A stretch of 64,000 nt of DNA from Candidatus Entotheonellaceae bacterium (GTDB taxonomy: Bacteria; Tectomicrobia; Entotheonellia; Entotheonellales; Entotheonellaceae): positions 2,528,001-2,592,000 of the forward strand of contig OZ250173.1 of assembly GCA_965238075.1 (NCBI GenBank). The letters are read 5' to 3'. The translations under genes were made by a program, and so were the position numbers. Shown here one piece after another: positions 1 through 9,411 of the stretch (its first letter is position 1; every line of letters starts with the position of its first letter). Below the pieces are notes generated by a model. The model saw only the letters and a list, made by a program, of their open reading frames with translations, searched no databases and was not told the DNA's origin.

Positions 1-1
1 A

Positions 2-370
2 GGCAACCGCGGCACCGATTACAACCAGGGCATCGACGACAAGGCGGCGTATTACCGGATTGCCAATGACAACATGCTGGTCGGCGCTCTGCTGGAGGAC
101 GCCAGCGTGGTGGACAACCTCGACGAGATTCTGGCGGTGGACGGGATCGACTATTTCGGCATCGGACCCAACGATTTCGCGCAGAGTCTGGGTTATCCGG
201 GGGAACCCGACCATCCGCAGGTGCGCAAAGTCATGGCCGAGTTGACGGCGCGCATTCGCGGCGCCGGGAGGCGTATGACGGACGACGTCATGTCCTCCGT
301 GTGGGTGAGCGGCTTGCTTGCCGAGGGTGCACAGCGCTTTCTGGCGGACAGGAAGAACGGGAACGGTTAA
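2..370 (+). CDS. HpcH/HpaI aldolase family protein, 3' part (start lies upstream of the window)
   Basis: Frame open from nt 2; ANDNMLVGALLED...NLDEILAVDGIDYFGIGPNDFAQSLGYPG matches the family C-terminal half. Confidence 0.85.
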   Translation, partial: GNRGTDYNQGIDDKAAYYRIANDNMLVGALLEDASVVDNLDEILAVDGIDYFGIGPNDFAQSLGYPGEPDHPQVRKVMAELTARIRGAGRRMTDDVMSSVWVSGLLAEGAQRFLADRKNGNG

Positions 371-396
371 CGCGATATCTGAAAGGACCCACTGTC

Positions 397-828
397 ATGC
401 AGCAGCCAACCGTTGTCGCCGTTATCGACGATCTCTTCTTTCAGGCCAAAGTGCGCACCGCTTTGCAGCATCTGGGGCTTGCCGCCGAAATCGTTCCCAA
501 CGGCGGGCGCCTGCAGGCCCGCTTGCAGGGGGGCGGCGTGCCGGCCTTGGTGATCGTCGATTTGACGCTGCGCGGCGACGACGCGACTGCCCTCATTCGG
601 GACCTGCGGGCCGAGGAACACGGACGTTCGGTGCCCATCCTGGCCTTTGGCTCTCACGTTGACGTCGAGGTGCGGAAGCAGGCGCTTCAGGCCGGCGCGA
701 GCCAAGTCGTGGCCAAGTCGGCGTTTGCCAAACGGCTGCCGCAGTTGGTGCGCCAATTTGTGCCCGCAGACGCCGGAGATAATCCCGTTTCGGCGTTGCC
801 GGAAGATGGGCAGGACGAAGCCTGCTAG
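397..828 (+). CDS. Single-domain response regulator receiver
   Basis: VVAVIDD acidic pocket, VIVDL phospho-acceptor, ALQAGA; RBS AAAGGA before ATG 397. Confidence 0.8.
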   Translation: MQQPTVVAVIDDLFFQAKVRTALQHLGLAAEIVPNGGRLQARLQGGGVPALVIVDLTLRGDDATALIRDLRAEEHGRSVPILAFGSHVDVEVRKQALQAGASQVVAKSAFAKRLPQLVRQFVPADAGDNPVSALPEDGQDEAC

Positions 829-838
829 CCTGAGGCGC

Positions 839-867
839 TTGACACCTTTCCGGCGCCCTGTTACAAG
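839..867 (+). promoter_or_regulatory. Putative sigma-70 promoter of the cold-shock gene
   Basis: TTGACA-N17-TACAAG with TG extension. Confidence 0.5.
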
Positions 868-928
868 GTGCCCGTGCTGGCCGGGTGGCATACCGGATTG
901 ACAACGTCATGGAAGGAGGATGGGGTTC

Positions 929-1129
929 ATGGCAGTCGGGAAGGTCAAGTGGTTCAACGACAAAAAAGGCTTCGGCTTTATCGAACAGCCCAACGGGGAA
1001 GACATATTCGTTCACTTTTCGGTGATTGAAGGCGACGGGTTCAAGTCACTCGACGAAGGCCAAGAGGTGGAATACGAGGCGGTTCAGGGGCCGAAGGGCC
1101 TGCAGGCCGCTCGCGTTGTCAAGCGGTAA
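929..1129 (+). CDS. cspA: Cold-shock protein
   Basis: [25 protein letters not shown] motifs; GGAGGA RBS. Confidence 0.95.
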   Translation: MAVGKVKWFNDKKGFGFIEQPNGEDIFVHFSVIEGDGFKSLDEGQEVEYEAVQGPKGLQAARVVKR

Positions 1130-1167
1130 TACGATGACGTCCCGGCGCTTGTCGGGACGGATTGCTG

Positions 1168-1752
1168 TCAGGCGGGAAGGGTTTCCAGCAAATCGAGGAA
1201 CTGTTTCAGGATTTTCCCCGTTGTTCCCCAGATCACGTGCTCCTGATACTCAAAGAAGACACTCCGTACTTCACGCCCCCCAAATTCGCGGCATTCCTCC
1301 CCACGTGGGTTGTGCTGGCGCAGGAAACGCAGCGGCACTTCGACAATCAAGGCGGTCTCTCGCCGATCAACAATGAATGAATATGGATACGGGATGGTGC
1401 CGACGAAGGGTCGCACCAGATAATTGCTGTTGCTGGTCAACAGGTCGTCGAGCTGGCCGAGTACCCGCACGTGCGCCGTTTGCAGACCGATCTCCTCCTG
1501 GCTCTCGCGCAGGGCCGTTTGCCGCAGCGTGCCGTCTTGCGTTTCGTAGCCGCCGCCCGGGAAGGACATCTGCCCGCGGTGATGCGGAACGGTTTCCGAG
1601 CGTTTGGTGAAGACGACGCCATAGTCGCCGTTGTGGCGGTACAGCGGCAACAGAATCGCTGCCAAACGACGCCCCGGCACGGTGAGTTCCCGGCCGGGTC
1701 GAGCCTTCAACAGGCCTTGGATGCGCCCTTCCAGGGGTGCCCGCGTCGTCAT
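1168..1752 (-). CDS. CoA pyrophosphatase, Nudix family
   Basis: HRGQMSFPGG...TALRESQEEIG Nudix box; VIWGTTG. Confidence 0.9.
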   Translation of the reverse strand: MTTRAPLEGRIQGLLKARPGRELTVPGRRLAAILLPLYRHNGDYGVVFTKRSETVPHHRGQMSFPGGGYETQDGTLRQTALRESQEEIGLQTAHVRVLGQLDDLLTSNSNYLVRPFVGTIPYPYSFIVDRRETALIVEVPLRFLRQHNPRGEECREFGGREVRSVFFEYQEHVIWGTTGKILKQFLDLLETLPA

Positions 1753-2120
1753 TTCGCTGCCGGTGCGATGGCCACCACGGCGCGGCGATGCGTGCCGTCG
1801 CCAACTTTCTTGTCCTCATCGTGTGCCTCGACTTTGAATCGCAGCTTGCGCCCGTCCACGTCCAGCAGTTCGGCCCGCACCGTGACGCGTTTGCCCTTTG
1901 GCGTGGCGGCGAAATGTTTCACGTTGACCTCGAAGCCAACCGTCGTGTGCCCCTCCGGCAACAGCGATTGCACCGCCTGGATGCCCGCCCGTTCCATCAA
2001 GCTGATCATCGATGGGGTCGACAGCACGCCGTCCCCGCCCATGTGACTGACCACCAGGCTGTCGTCAACCACGGTGGTGATTTCCGCCGATGCGCCCGGC
2101 CGCAGCTTGTCCAATGACAC
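1749..2120 (-). CDS. Fluoroacetyl-CoA thioesterase (FlK)-like hot-dog thioesterase
   Basis: VLSTPSMISLME, TVGFEVNVKH, GDGTHRRAVV; GTG start after GGAGGA. Confidence 0.85.
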   Translation of the reverse strand: MSLDKLRPGASAEITTVVDDSLVVSHMGGDGVLSTPSMISLMERAGIQAVQSLLPEGHTTVGFEVNVKHFAATPKGKRVTVRAELLDVDGRKLRFKVEAHDEDKKVGDGTHRRAVVAIAPAAK

Positions 2121-2540
2121 GCGTGTTCCTCCGTCTTGTGGGGGTGGAATAAGAGTCGCCAGAATAGCACACTTGCCGGCGGGGGATGAAGGACGGCGCG
2201 GGGGCTTCGCCTTCATGTGCCGGTGTGATTTCGGGCTAGGTTGTGATGTCGACAGGTGTCCGTTGTTAAAATTTAGGCCGGAATTTTTAATAACGTTCTC
2301 CGTCATTGAGAAAACTTGAATAAGGCGACACCAAACGACGGCGCTTTTGCAACCTGGAGAAATCGGCGTATACAAGTTACTCGAATCGTCCAGCCCCGAA
2401 TGGCCAGAGGGTGTAGCATCAGGCGTTTCATCTTAGAGCGGTTTTCGTATGACGATATGGGATCGTCGCAATGGGCAAAACCAGCCCTGATCATCCGATG
2501 TCTTACCGTGAAAATAGCCGCCGGCGTGATGGCCAACGCC

Positions 2541-2627
2541 CCCAAAGCCGTCATCCCGGTATGCGCCGGGATGACGGCTTTGGGCGTCCGAAAACCCCTG
2601 AACCCCGGCTTCCGCCGGGGTGACGGT
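2541..2627. repeat. CGTC-tagged REP-like palindromes
   Basis: Perfect 19-bp stem CCCAAAGCCGTCATCCCGG-N6-CCGGGATGACGGCTTTGGG plus second unit CCCCGGC-TTCC-GCCGGGGTGACG; related unit near 38410-38436. Confidence 0.75.
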
Positions 2628-2707
2628 CCCATTTTCATGCTTCAGGCTCACGATAAGATAGGCCAGACACACAAACGCATACCGCTATAATCGGAGATGC
2701 TGACGAT

Positions 2708-4117
2708 ATGGCACAACAACAAGGCTTCGCATTCAACGATCCCGAGTCCATAGCTCGTGACGGTGACCTCAGGGTGGTTCGTGCCCGTGCCTGCGACATT
2801 GCGCCCTTTGACGGAAGCCTATTCGAAGGTTTCGATTCCATGTATGCGCTGACTTACACCTCCAGTATTCCCATGATTGTAGGCCTGCTGCGAGATCATG
2901 ATTTTCGGACGTTTGAGTGTGTATTCGGTCATGGCGGGGTGCTGTCCCGCGAGGCCGCGGAGGTTCTGGCGTTCCAGGCGGTACTCGACGAGAAGCTGAA
3001 CAAGGGCTTCATCGGGTTGGACGGACTGACGACAGAGCGCCGGGAAGTTGTCTACAACCGCGTTGCTGATGGGAGCGTGCGGTTCTATGTGGTGAAGGAT
3101 GCCGTCGCCCACGCCAAGATTTATCTCCTCGAACGGGGCGGGCTCCGGCGGGTCATTGTGGGATCGGCCAACCTATCGGAAACGGCCTTCTCGGGCAGGC
3201 AGGCGGAAACATTGATTGTCTTCGACAACGACGATACCGCTTGGCGTCATTACCGGGCGCAGTACGAAGCCGTTCGTGACGTTTCTACGAGCCATGTTCC
3301 ACTCAGACGGGAGCCCGTTGTCGCGGAGCCGGGTGTGCTGCACCTTGAAGAAACACCCAGCTTACGTGAGGCGGAAACGGGCTCCGATGGGATAACCCTC
3401 TACGTTCCGCAGGAATCAGCCGCCGAGGCTGAATACGCCGTGCCGCAGATCGCGGCCCGGGTTGAAGCCATCAAGCCCGTTTTTAAAAGAGCACTGGCCG
3501 ACGTCAGACCCGACAGGAAGGGCAATCTTCACCTTGCGTCTCGCATTATCAAGCAAATGACGCGACTGTCCCGGTCCCGGCAGGTTGAAGACGCGCCGCC
3601 GACTTCCCTGACCTTGGATAACGGTCGCTTCACGCTTTCCGGGCAAGAGCTGAACCTCGACACGGAGGCGGATGAGGTGAGCGGGGACGTGGACAGGTGG
3701 CTGGCGTTTTTCCGTAACTACGAAAACGGATTCGTGGGGGACGTACCCCGCCTGCAGCGAGATTACTTCACCTTCATGTGCTGGTTTTACTTCTCGCCGT
3801 TCATGTGCGACTTGCGCAGTGCCGCGTTACGACGAAACGTCTTCAGTTTCGACCAGCCTATGTTTGCCGTCCTATACGGTTCAAGTAACTGCGGCAAGAC
3901 CAGCCTTGTGGAAACTCTCATGACGTCCATGTTTTCCTACCCGCGCATCGTCGAAACGCGGCACTTCACCCGCAGTAACCTTCGAGGGCTTCAGCAGGCG
4001 TATCGAAGATTTCCGGTGGTATTTGATGACGTGACCAGAGACCGTTTCAACCGCCACGCCGACGAGATTATCAAGGACGAAACCATTCCGAGTATCCGTG
4101 CTTCGCGTTATCTATGA
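2708..4117 (+). CDS. PLD (NgoFVII-like) nuclease domain plus P-loop NTPase, N-terminal part of a probably frameshifted gene
   Basis: HAKIYLL...VIVGSANLS PLD motif; GSSNCGKT Walker A; VVFDD Walker B. Confidence 0.75.
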   Translation: MAQQQGFAFNDPESIARDGDLRVVRARACDIAPFDGSLFEGFDSMYALTYTSSIPMIVGLLRDHDFRTFECVFGHGGVLSREAAEVLAFQAVLDEKLNKGFIGLDGLTTERREVVYNRVADGSVRFYVVKDAVAHAKIYLLERGGLRRVIVGSANLSETAFSGRQAETLIVFDNDDTAWRHYRAQYEAVRDVSTSHVPLRREPVVAEPGVLHLEETPSLREAETGSDGITLYVPQESAAEAEYAVPQIAARVEAIKPVFKRALADVRPDRKGNLHLASRIIKQMTRLSRSRQVEDAPPTSLTLDNGRFTLSGQELNLDTEADEVSGDVDRWLAFFRNYENGFVGDVPRLQRDYFTFMCWFYFSPFMCDLRSAALRRNVFSFDQPMFAVLYGSSNCGKTSLVETLMTSMFSYPRIVETRHFTRSNLRGLQQAYRRFPVVFDDVTRDRFNRHADEIIKDETIPSIRASRYL

Positions 4118-4740
4118 ACGCCGATGCGCGCACGTTCCGCCCCGAAATCGTGAAGCGTTCGCTGATGCTCTACACCCGAACCGCATTGCCCGGTGACGCC
4201 ACGGACGCCCGCCGCAACTTGCAACGCTCCGTCACGGCCATCCGCGATGGCATGACCACGGCGCTGTACCGCACCTATCTGAAGCGCGCCCTGCAGGCGG
4301 TGGGAGATGCCGCCGCCTCGGAGAACGACGACATCGACGCTTTGCGACTGTCCTCCGATATCCTGTGCACCCTGTTTCGGGAGAATTTACCCCCCGGTGC
4401 GGATATGCCGCATTGGTGCCGCGCCGTTACGTTGCAGGCGTACCAGAAAGCCGCGTTCGAGCGACCCCGACTGATTTTGGATCGGTTTCTGCGTGCGGAA
4501 AATTACAGGAAGGAGCAGCGCCCACCGGAGGGTTACTGGGGAATATGGGGGGACGCCGTCGTCATCGCGGTAGCTCCTCTCGAGTTCAGCCGGGTTCGTT
4601 CGGATATACCCGACTGGATACTGGACGACACGGCCAGCTCTTTAGGCCAGATCGTTATGCGGCGCGATCTGCTGGAGGAATTTCTTGGACGTCGGATTAC
4701 GCGTTCCCGCCGTTGGTTCGGCTCCCTTGGCGGACGTTGA
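4114..4740 (+). CDS. Probable C-terminal part of the PLD-NTPase protein
   Basis: Frame open from about 4027 and reads EYPCFALSMN before the ATG, as expected for the NTPase strand after Walker B. Confidence 0.6.
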   Translation: MNADARTFRPEIVKRSLMLYTRTALPGDATDARRNLQRSVTAIRDGMTTALYRTYLKRALQAVGDAAASENDDIDALRLSSDILCTLFRENLPPGADMPHWCRAVTLQAYQKAAFERPRLILDRFLRAENYRKEQRPPEGYWGIWGDAVVIAVAPLEFSRVRSDIPDWILDDTASSLGQIVMRRDLLEEFLGRRITRSRRWFGSLGGR

Positions 4741-4763
4741 TCCGGACATCGCCTGTGGCGCCG

Positions 4764-5144
4764 CTATTCATGGTACCGCACCCGGATGCGTTGGCTGAAC
4801 CGGTCCCGCAGCCAGTGCTTCAGCGCCAGACGGCTGCCGGGCACGAGTAGCAGCAGGCCGGCCGCGTCGGTCAGCAAGCCCGGCGTCAGCAGCACGATGC
4901 CCGCTGCCAGAATCAGCACGCCGTCGATCAGTTCCTCATCTGGCATGATACCTTGCGCCATCTTCTCCTGAATGCGCCACAGCACCTTCAGCCCCTCCCG
5001 GTGGGCCAGGGAGGCACCCAGTACCGCGGTGAGTACGAGGATCGCCAACGTTGCCAGGGTGCCGATGCGCGAGCCGATCTCAATCAGCAGGACGATTTCG
5101 GCCAGCGGTAGTGCAATGAACAACACCAGCAATTTGATCAGCAT
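4764..5144 (-). CDS. fxsA: FxsA family membrane protein
   Basis: LPLAEIVLLIEIGSRIG, LLTPGLLTD motifs. Confidence 0.9.
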   Translation of the reverse strand: MLIKLLVLFIALPLAEIVLLIEIGSRIGTLATLAILVLTAVLGASLAHREGLKVLWRIQEKMAQGIMPDEELIDGVLILAAGIVLLTPGLLTDAAGLLLLVPGSRLALKHWLRDRFSQRIRVRYHE

Positions 5145-5253
5145 GCCGATCCCTTTCCCACACGTTCGTCCAGTGTGAAAACTCCTGCTGCTGCGCCGCG
5201 TCGGAACCCCGAAAGGGCGCTTTCCAGGCGGCCCAAACACAGTTCCGTATCTG

Positions 5254-5282
5254 TTGACACTATAGGCGGTATTCAGTAGCAT
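5254..5282 (+). promoter_or_regulatory. Putative sigma-70 promoter about 290 nt upstream of the OmpA/MotB gene
   Basis: TTGACA-N17-TAGCAT. Confidence 0.6.
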
Positions 5283-5570
5283 GCCAACATTTGTACGTTT
5301 CCTTCGGCTTGCCGCAGGAAGCGTATCGCCGGATGTGAGGCGGCTGAGGCGCGTCACGTCGTCCGCAGCAACCCCTCGGCTTCCCGGCCCGTTCAGGTGG
5401 GTTCCGGCAGGTAGTCGGTACTCTTACTCACACTTTATCGTCACACCTATCAAGCCATGAATCCTTGCGAACATTTCCAACCCTGGCGGAGCGCGTCCTG
5501 TGCCCGATGACAGGTTGGCGATACGTATGAACGTATCCGTGGAAGCACGACTCATTCTGGGAGAGCACTC

Positions 5571-8500
5571 ATGACCCAACGGACGGTGGTGGTACTGATA
5601 ACAGCCGCGGTAATTTTCGCAGCCGCTGTCGCCGGGCAGGCGGATGACGCGCTGCGTTGGAAGAACAAGCAATTGCAGGCGGAGTTGAGTCGGTTGCAGG
5701 CGCAGGCGGCCACCCACGCTCAAACGGAGGCCGATCTGGAGATCGAGCGGCGCCAGAAGGATGCGGCTCGGCAGATGTTGGCGTCGGTGCAGCAGCAACT
5801 GAGGGATGCCCAGACGTTGCTGGTGCAGGGTCAGGAGCGGGATGCCGCTTTGCAGCAGGACCTGTCGCAGGCGCAGCAGCGGCTGGCCCGGGCCGAGGCG
5901 GAATCGGCCCAGTCGCAAGGCGCCCAGCAAGCCCTGACGGGGCTGCGGGGTGAATTGGCGAACACGCAATCGGCGCTCGCTGAGGAACAGGAACGGCACC
6001 GGACCTCCCGTGGCATATTGGCCGGTGTGCGTCAAGCTTTGGAGCAGGCCAGCGCCGCGGTGGTGAAGCTGCGTTGGGCACAGACCAGACAGAGCCAGGC
6101 GAGCGCTTTAGCGCAAGCCGCCTTGCAGGCGAAACTGATGGAGGCGCAGCAACGGCAGTGGCAGGCCGAGCAGGACACCGTGTCGCTGCGGCAGGAGTTG
6201 TCGCAGGCGAATGGGATGGCGGCGAAATTGCAGGTGCAGGCCGTCAGTGCCCAGGGCGAAGCCAGTGACACGCAGGAATCGCTAGCGGCGGTGCGGCGGA
6301 CATTGGCGGAAGCCCGGTCGGCCCTGGCGCAGGAGCAGGGTCGGTATCGCGTGGTAGCGCAGGTGCTGTCGAGCACGCAGCAGCGGCTGGGGGAAGCCAA
6401 CGTGCTGTCGGTGAAATTGCGGGCTGAACTGGACAATGTAGGGCGGGCGGCTGCCGTGCGCCAAGGCATGTTGGCGTCGGTGCAGCAGCAACTGAGGGAT
6501 GCCCAGGCATCCATGGTTCAGGGTCAGGACCGTGAGGCTGCTTTGCAACAGGACCTGTCTCAGACGCAGCAGCGGCTGGCCCAGGCCGAGGCGGAATCGG
6601 CGCAGTTGCAGGGTGCCCAGCAAGCCCTGGCGAGGCTGCAAGATGAATTGGTTGGCACGCAGTCGGGACTCGCTGAGGAACAGGAACGGCACCGGACCTC
6701 TCGTGGCATATTGGCCGGTGTGCGCCAGGCCTTGGAGCAGGCCAGCGCCGCGGTGGTGAAGCTACGCTGGGCACAGACGAGACGAGACCAGGCGAACGCC
6801 GTATCGCAAGCGGCCGTGCAGGAAGAACTGCTTGAGGCGCAGCAACGGCAATGGCAGGCCGAGCAGGACACCGTGTCACTGCGTCAGGAGTTGTCGCGGA
6901 CGAATGCGACGGCGGCAGGACTGCAGGCGCAAGTCGCCAGTGCCCAGGGCGAAGCCAGTGACGCGCAGGAATCGCTAGCGGCGCTGCGTCAGGCGTTGGC
7001 GAATGCCCGAACGGCCCTGGCGGCGGAGCAGGGTCGGTATCGCGTGGTAGCGCAGGTGTTGTCGAGCACGCAGCAGAGGTTGGCGGAAGCCAGCGTGTTG
7101 TCGGTGCAGTTGCGGTCGGAACTGGGCGATGTAAGGCGAGTGGCTGCCGTGCGTCAAGGCATGCTGGCGTCCGTGCAGCAGCAACTGAGAGGCGCCCAGA
7201 CGTCGATGGTGCAGGATCAGGAACGCCAAGTGGGCCTGGAGCAGACGTTGGCGCAAACCCAGCAGGACTTGGCGCAGGCCAACGCGGCGGCGGAACGGGC
7301 GCAGAGCGAGATGGTGCGGCAGACCCGGACTAACGAGGTTCGACAGTCGCAGATGAACCGGGACCTTGTGGACGCTCGGGCGCAAGGCGAGGCGGTGCAA
7401 CTGATCCTGGCATCTGTGCGGGAAGAGTTGGCGCGTACCCGCCGAACACTGGAGCAGGAGCAGGGGCGCAACGCGGCACAGGGCGAGGTATTGGCCAACA
7501 CGCAGGCGGCGTTCTCGGAAACCTCCGCGTCGCTTGCCGAAGTTCGTGCGGCGATGGCAGAGCAGACCGAGGCGCACGCTAACGCGCAAGCGGCGGCGCA
7601 GGCTGACAAGCAGCAATGGGTCGAGCGTTACTGGGACATGGAACAGCAGCGTAACAAGACGCGGCAAGCCATGAAGCGCGCGGAGCAGGCGTACGCGGAG
7701 ACGCAGCAAGCCCTGGATCAAACGACGCGGCAGGCACGGATTGACGAAATCCGACAGTCGCAGCTGCGCCGGGATCTGATGGAGGCGCAGGCTCAGGTCG
7801 AGGCCACGCAACAGGCCTTGTCGGCAACCTCTGTGTCGCTTGCCGAAGTTCGTGCGGCGATGGCAGAACAGACCGAGGCGCACGCCAACGCGCAAGCGGC
7901 GGCGCAGTCTGACAAGCAGCAGTGGGTCGAGCGTTACTGGGACATGGAACAGCAGCGCAACAAGACGCGGCAAGCCATGAAGCGCGCGGAGCAGGCGTAT
8001 GCGGAGACGCAGCAGGCCCTGGATCAGACGACGCGGCAGGCGCGGATTGACGAAATCAGGCAGTCGCAACTGAGCAGGGACCTGACGGAGGCGCGGCAAG
8101 TTTTGGACCGCAGGCGCGCCCGCCGTGCCGAGGCCGCTGCAGGCGTCGAAGCGGTGGCCGATCTGGTGCGGCAGCGTTTTGCGGATGAATTTCGTCAAAA
8201 GCAGTTGAGCGTGCGGGAAGGCAAACGGCGCGTGAAACTCGCGTCGTCTGAGGTCTTTGATTTCGTCAAGGCTGTTGAATTAGGAAGCCGGTCCGTGCAG
8301 ACCCTGGATCGACTCGCCGCGATACTGCAGGAACTTCCCTCGCATCAGGTGCGGTTTGAGGTCCACACGGACAGCATTCCCCTCAGGCAAGGTTCGAAAT
8401 GGCCGACGAACTGGGAGTTGTCGACAGCGCGGGCCGCTAAGCTCGCGCGTTACCTGATCGACAAGGGGGTGGCGCCCGAACGCCTGTCGATTGGCGGCTA

Positions 8501-8597
8501 CGGCGAGTATCGTCCCGTGGCCGACAACAGCACGCCGGAAGGGCGGCGGCAGAACCGGCGGGTTGAGGTGATCATTAAACCGCCGCGCCAGCGGTAG
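5571..8597 (+). CDS. Exported long coiled-coil protein with C-terminal OmpA/MotB peptidoglycan-binding domain
   Basis: N-terminal hydrophobic signal/TM; about 850 aa A/Q/E/L/R-rich; EVHTDSIP, NWELSTARA, RRQNRRVEVII. Confidence 0.85.
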   Translation: MTQRTVVVLITAAVIFAAAVAGQADDALRWKNKQLQAELSRLQAQAATHAQTEADLEIERRQKDAARQMLASVQQQLRDAQTLLVQGQERDAALQQDLSQAQQRLARAEAESAQSQGAQQALTGLRGELANTQSALAEEQERHRTSRGILAGVRQALEQASAAVVKLRWAQTRQSQASALAQAALQAKLMEAQQRQWQAEQDTVSLRQELSQANGMAAKLQVQAVSAQGEASDTQESLAAVRRTLAEARSALAQEQGRYRVVAQVLSSTQQRLGEANVLSVKLRAELDNVGRAAAVRQGMLASVQQQLRDAQASMVQGQDREAALQQDLSQTQQRLAQAEAESAQLQGAQQALARLQDELVGTQSGLAEEQERHRTSRGILAGVRQALEQASAAVVKLRWAQTRRDQANAVSQAAVQEELLEAQQRQWQAEQDTVSLRQELSRTNATAAGLQAQVASAQGEASDAQESLAALRQALANARTALAAEQGRYRVVAQVLSSTQQRLAEASVLSVQLRSELGDVRRVAAVRQGMLASVQQQLRGAQTSMVQDQERQVGLEQTLAQTQQDLAQANAAAERAQSEMVRQTRTNEVRQSQMNRDLVDARAQGEAVQLILASVREELARTRRTLEQEQGRNAAQGEVLANTQAAFSETSASLAEVRAAMAEQTEAHANAQAAAQADKQQWVERYWDMEQQRNKTRQAMKRAEQAYAETQQALDQTTRQARIDEIRQSQLRRDLMEAQAQVEATQQALSATSVSLAEVRAAMAEQTEAHANAQAAAQSDKQQWVERYWDMEQQRNKTRQAMKRAEQAYAETQQALDQTTRQARIDEIRQSQLSRDLTEARQVLDRRRARRAEAAAGVEAVADLVRQRFADEFRQKQLSVREGKRRVKLASSEVFDFVKAVELGSRSVQTLDRLAAILQELPSHQVRFEVHTDSIPLRQGSKWPTNWELSTARAAKLARYLIDKGVAPERLSIGGYGEYRPVADNSTPEGRRQNRRVEVIIKPPRQR
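5775..7200 (+). repeat. Intragenic tandem repeat, 693-bp (231-aa) unit, two copies plus start of a third
   Basis: MLASVQQQLR codons start at 5775, 6468 and 7161. Confidence 0.9.
7530..8090 (+). repeat. Intragenic tandem repeat, 306-bp (102-aa) period
   Basis: SLAEVRAAMAEQTEAH...WVERYWDMEQQRNK starts at 7530 and 7836. Confidence 0.9.
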
Positions 8598-8627
8598 GCA
8601 TGGGTTGCTGACCGGCCTGCAAGACAA

Positions 8628-8692
8628 ACCGCCATTGGCATGACGCACACCGGACGGTTGTTTCGGGTGTAACGCCAATGGCGGTGATTTTT
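8628..8692. terminator. Long hairpin between convergent genes
   Basis: ACCGCCATTGGC...GCCAATGGCGGT followed by GATTTTT. Confidence 0.55.
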
Positions 8693-8723
8693 GCGGGTGT
8701 CCCGGGTCAGGGCGGAAACGCTG

Positions 8724-9266
8724 CTACGGCAAGGCGGGTTCCAGGGCCAAGCGGTGCAGTCGCCACGTCCATTCGATGTCGGTGAGCGCGCGGTGCTGGT
8801 CCTCGCCCTCACGGACCAGCTTGTAATGCTCCGCCACCGTGCCCAGCCCGAGATGCAGGTCGGCGGGCAGGGCGCCGAGCAGTTGGAAGCGTTTGTACAG
8901 GCTCCACACGTCGAAGATGTGATAATCAAACCGCCAGGGAATGCCGTGGCGCTGGTAGGCGCGATACAGAAACGCCTCGTCGAACTTCGTATTCCAGCCG
9001 CTGAGGACGGCGTCGTCCTGACATCGCTTGTCGAACTGCCGCAGCACCTCTTCAAGAGGCGCCGCCGCAGCAATGCTGGCGGGCGGAATCTTGTGGACCT
9101 CATCCGCCTCGGCGCTCTTCTCCACCTCGCCCGGATTGGCTAAGGAGTGAAAATCTTCGGCTTCGCGCTGACCGTCGGTCTCGAAAATGCAGCCGATTTC
9201 GATAATGCCATGCCGGTCGACGTCGAGACCGGTTGTTTCCAGATCGACAAAGACTAACTGAGCCAT
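8724..9266 (-). CDS. DEDDh 3'-5' exonuclease (DnaQ-like)
   Basis: VDLETTGLD, NTKFD, HRALTD. Confidence 0.9.
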   Translation of the reverse strand: MAQLVFVDLETTGLDVDRHGIIEIGCIFETDGQREAEDFHSLANPGEVEKSAEADEVHKIPPASIAAAAPLEEVLRQFDKRCQDDAVLSGWNTKFDEAFLYRAYQRHGIPWRFDYHIFDVWSLYKRFQLLGALPADLHLGLGTVAEHYKLVREGEDQHRALTDIEWTWRLHRLALEPALP

Positions 9267-9411
9267 GGGTTTTTCTCATTTGCGCCGAGTGGGTTTGGAT
9301 CGCTGGTGGGCTTCGGAAAGGCCAGCAGCATAGCCCATATTCCGGCGCCGAGCCAGACCTGTTCGACGCCCGCCGCCGTTGGTCATGACAGCCTAAAGAG
9401 GACTTCCGTTC

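Noticed and set aside
5300-5420. 6S RNA, SRP RNA, cobalamin or c-di-GMP riboswitch
   Set aside because: Only short motif fragments match, in the wrong order; kept as an unassigned structured leader
5571-8597. Flagellar stator motB
   Set aside because: No motA neighbour and no MotB TM Asp motif
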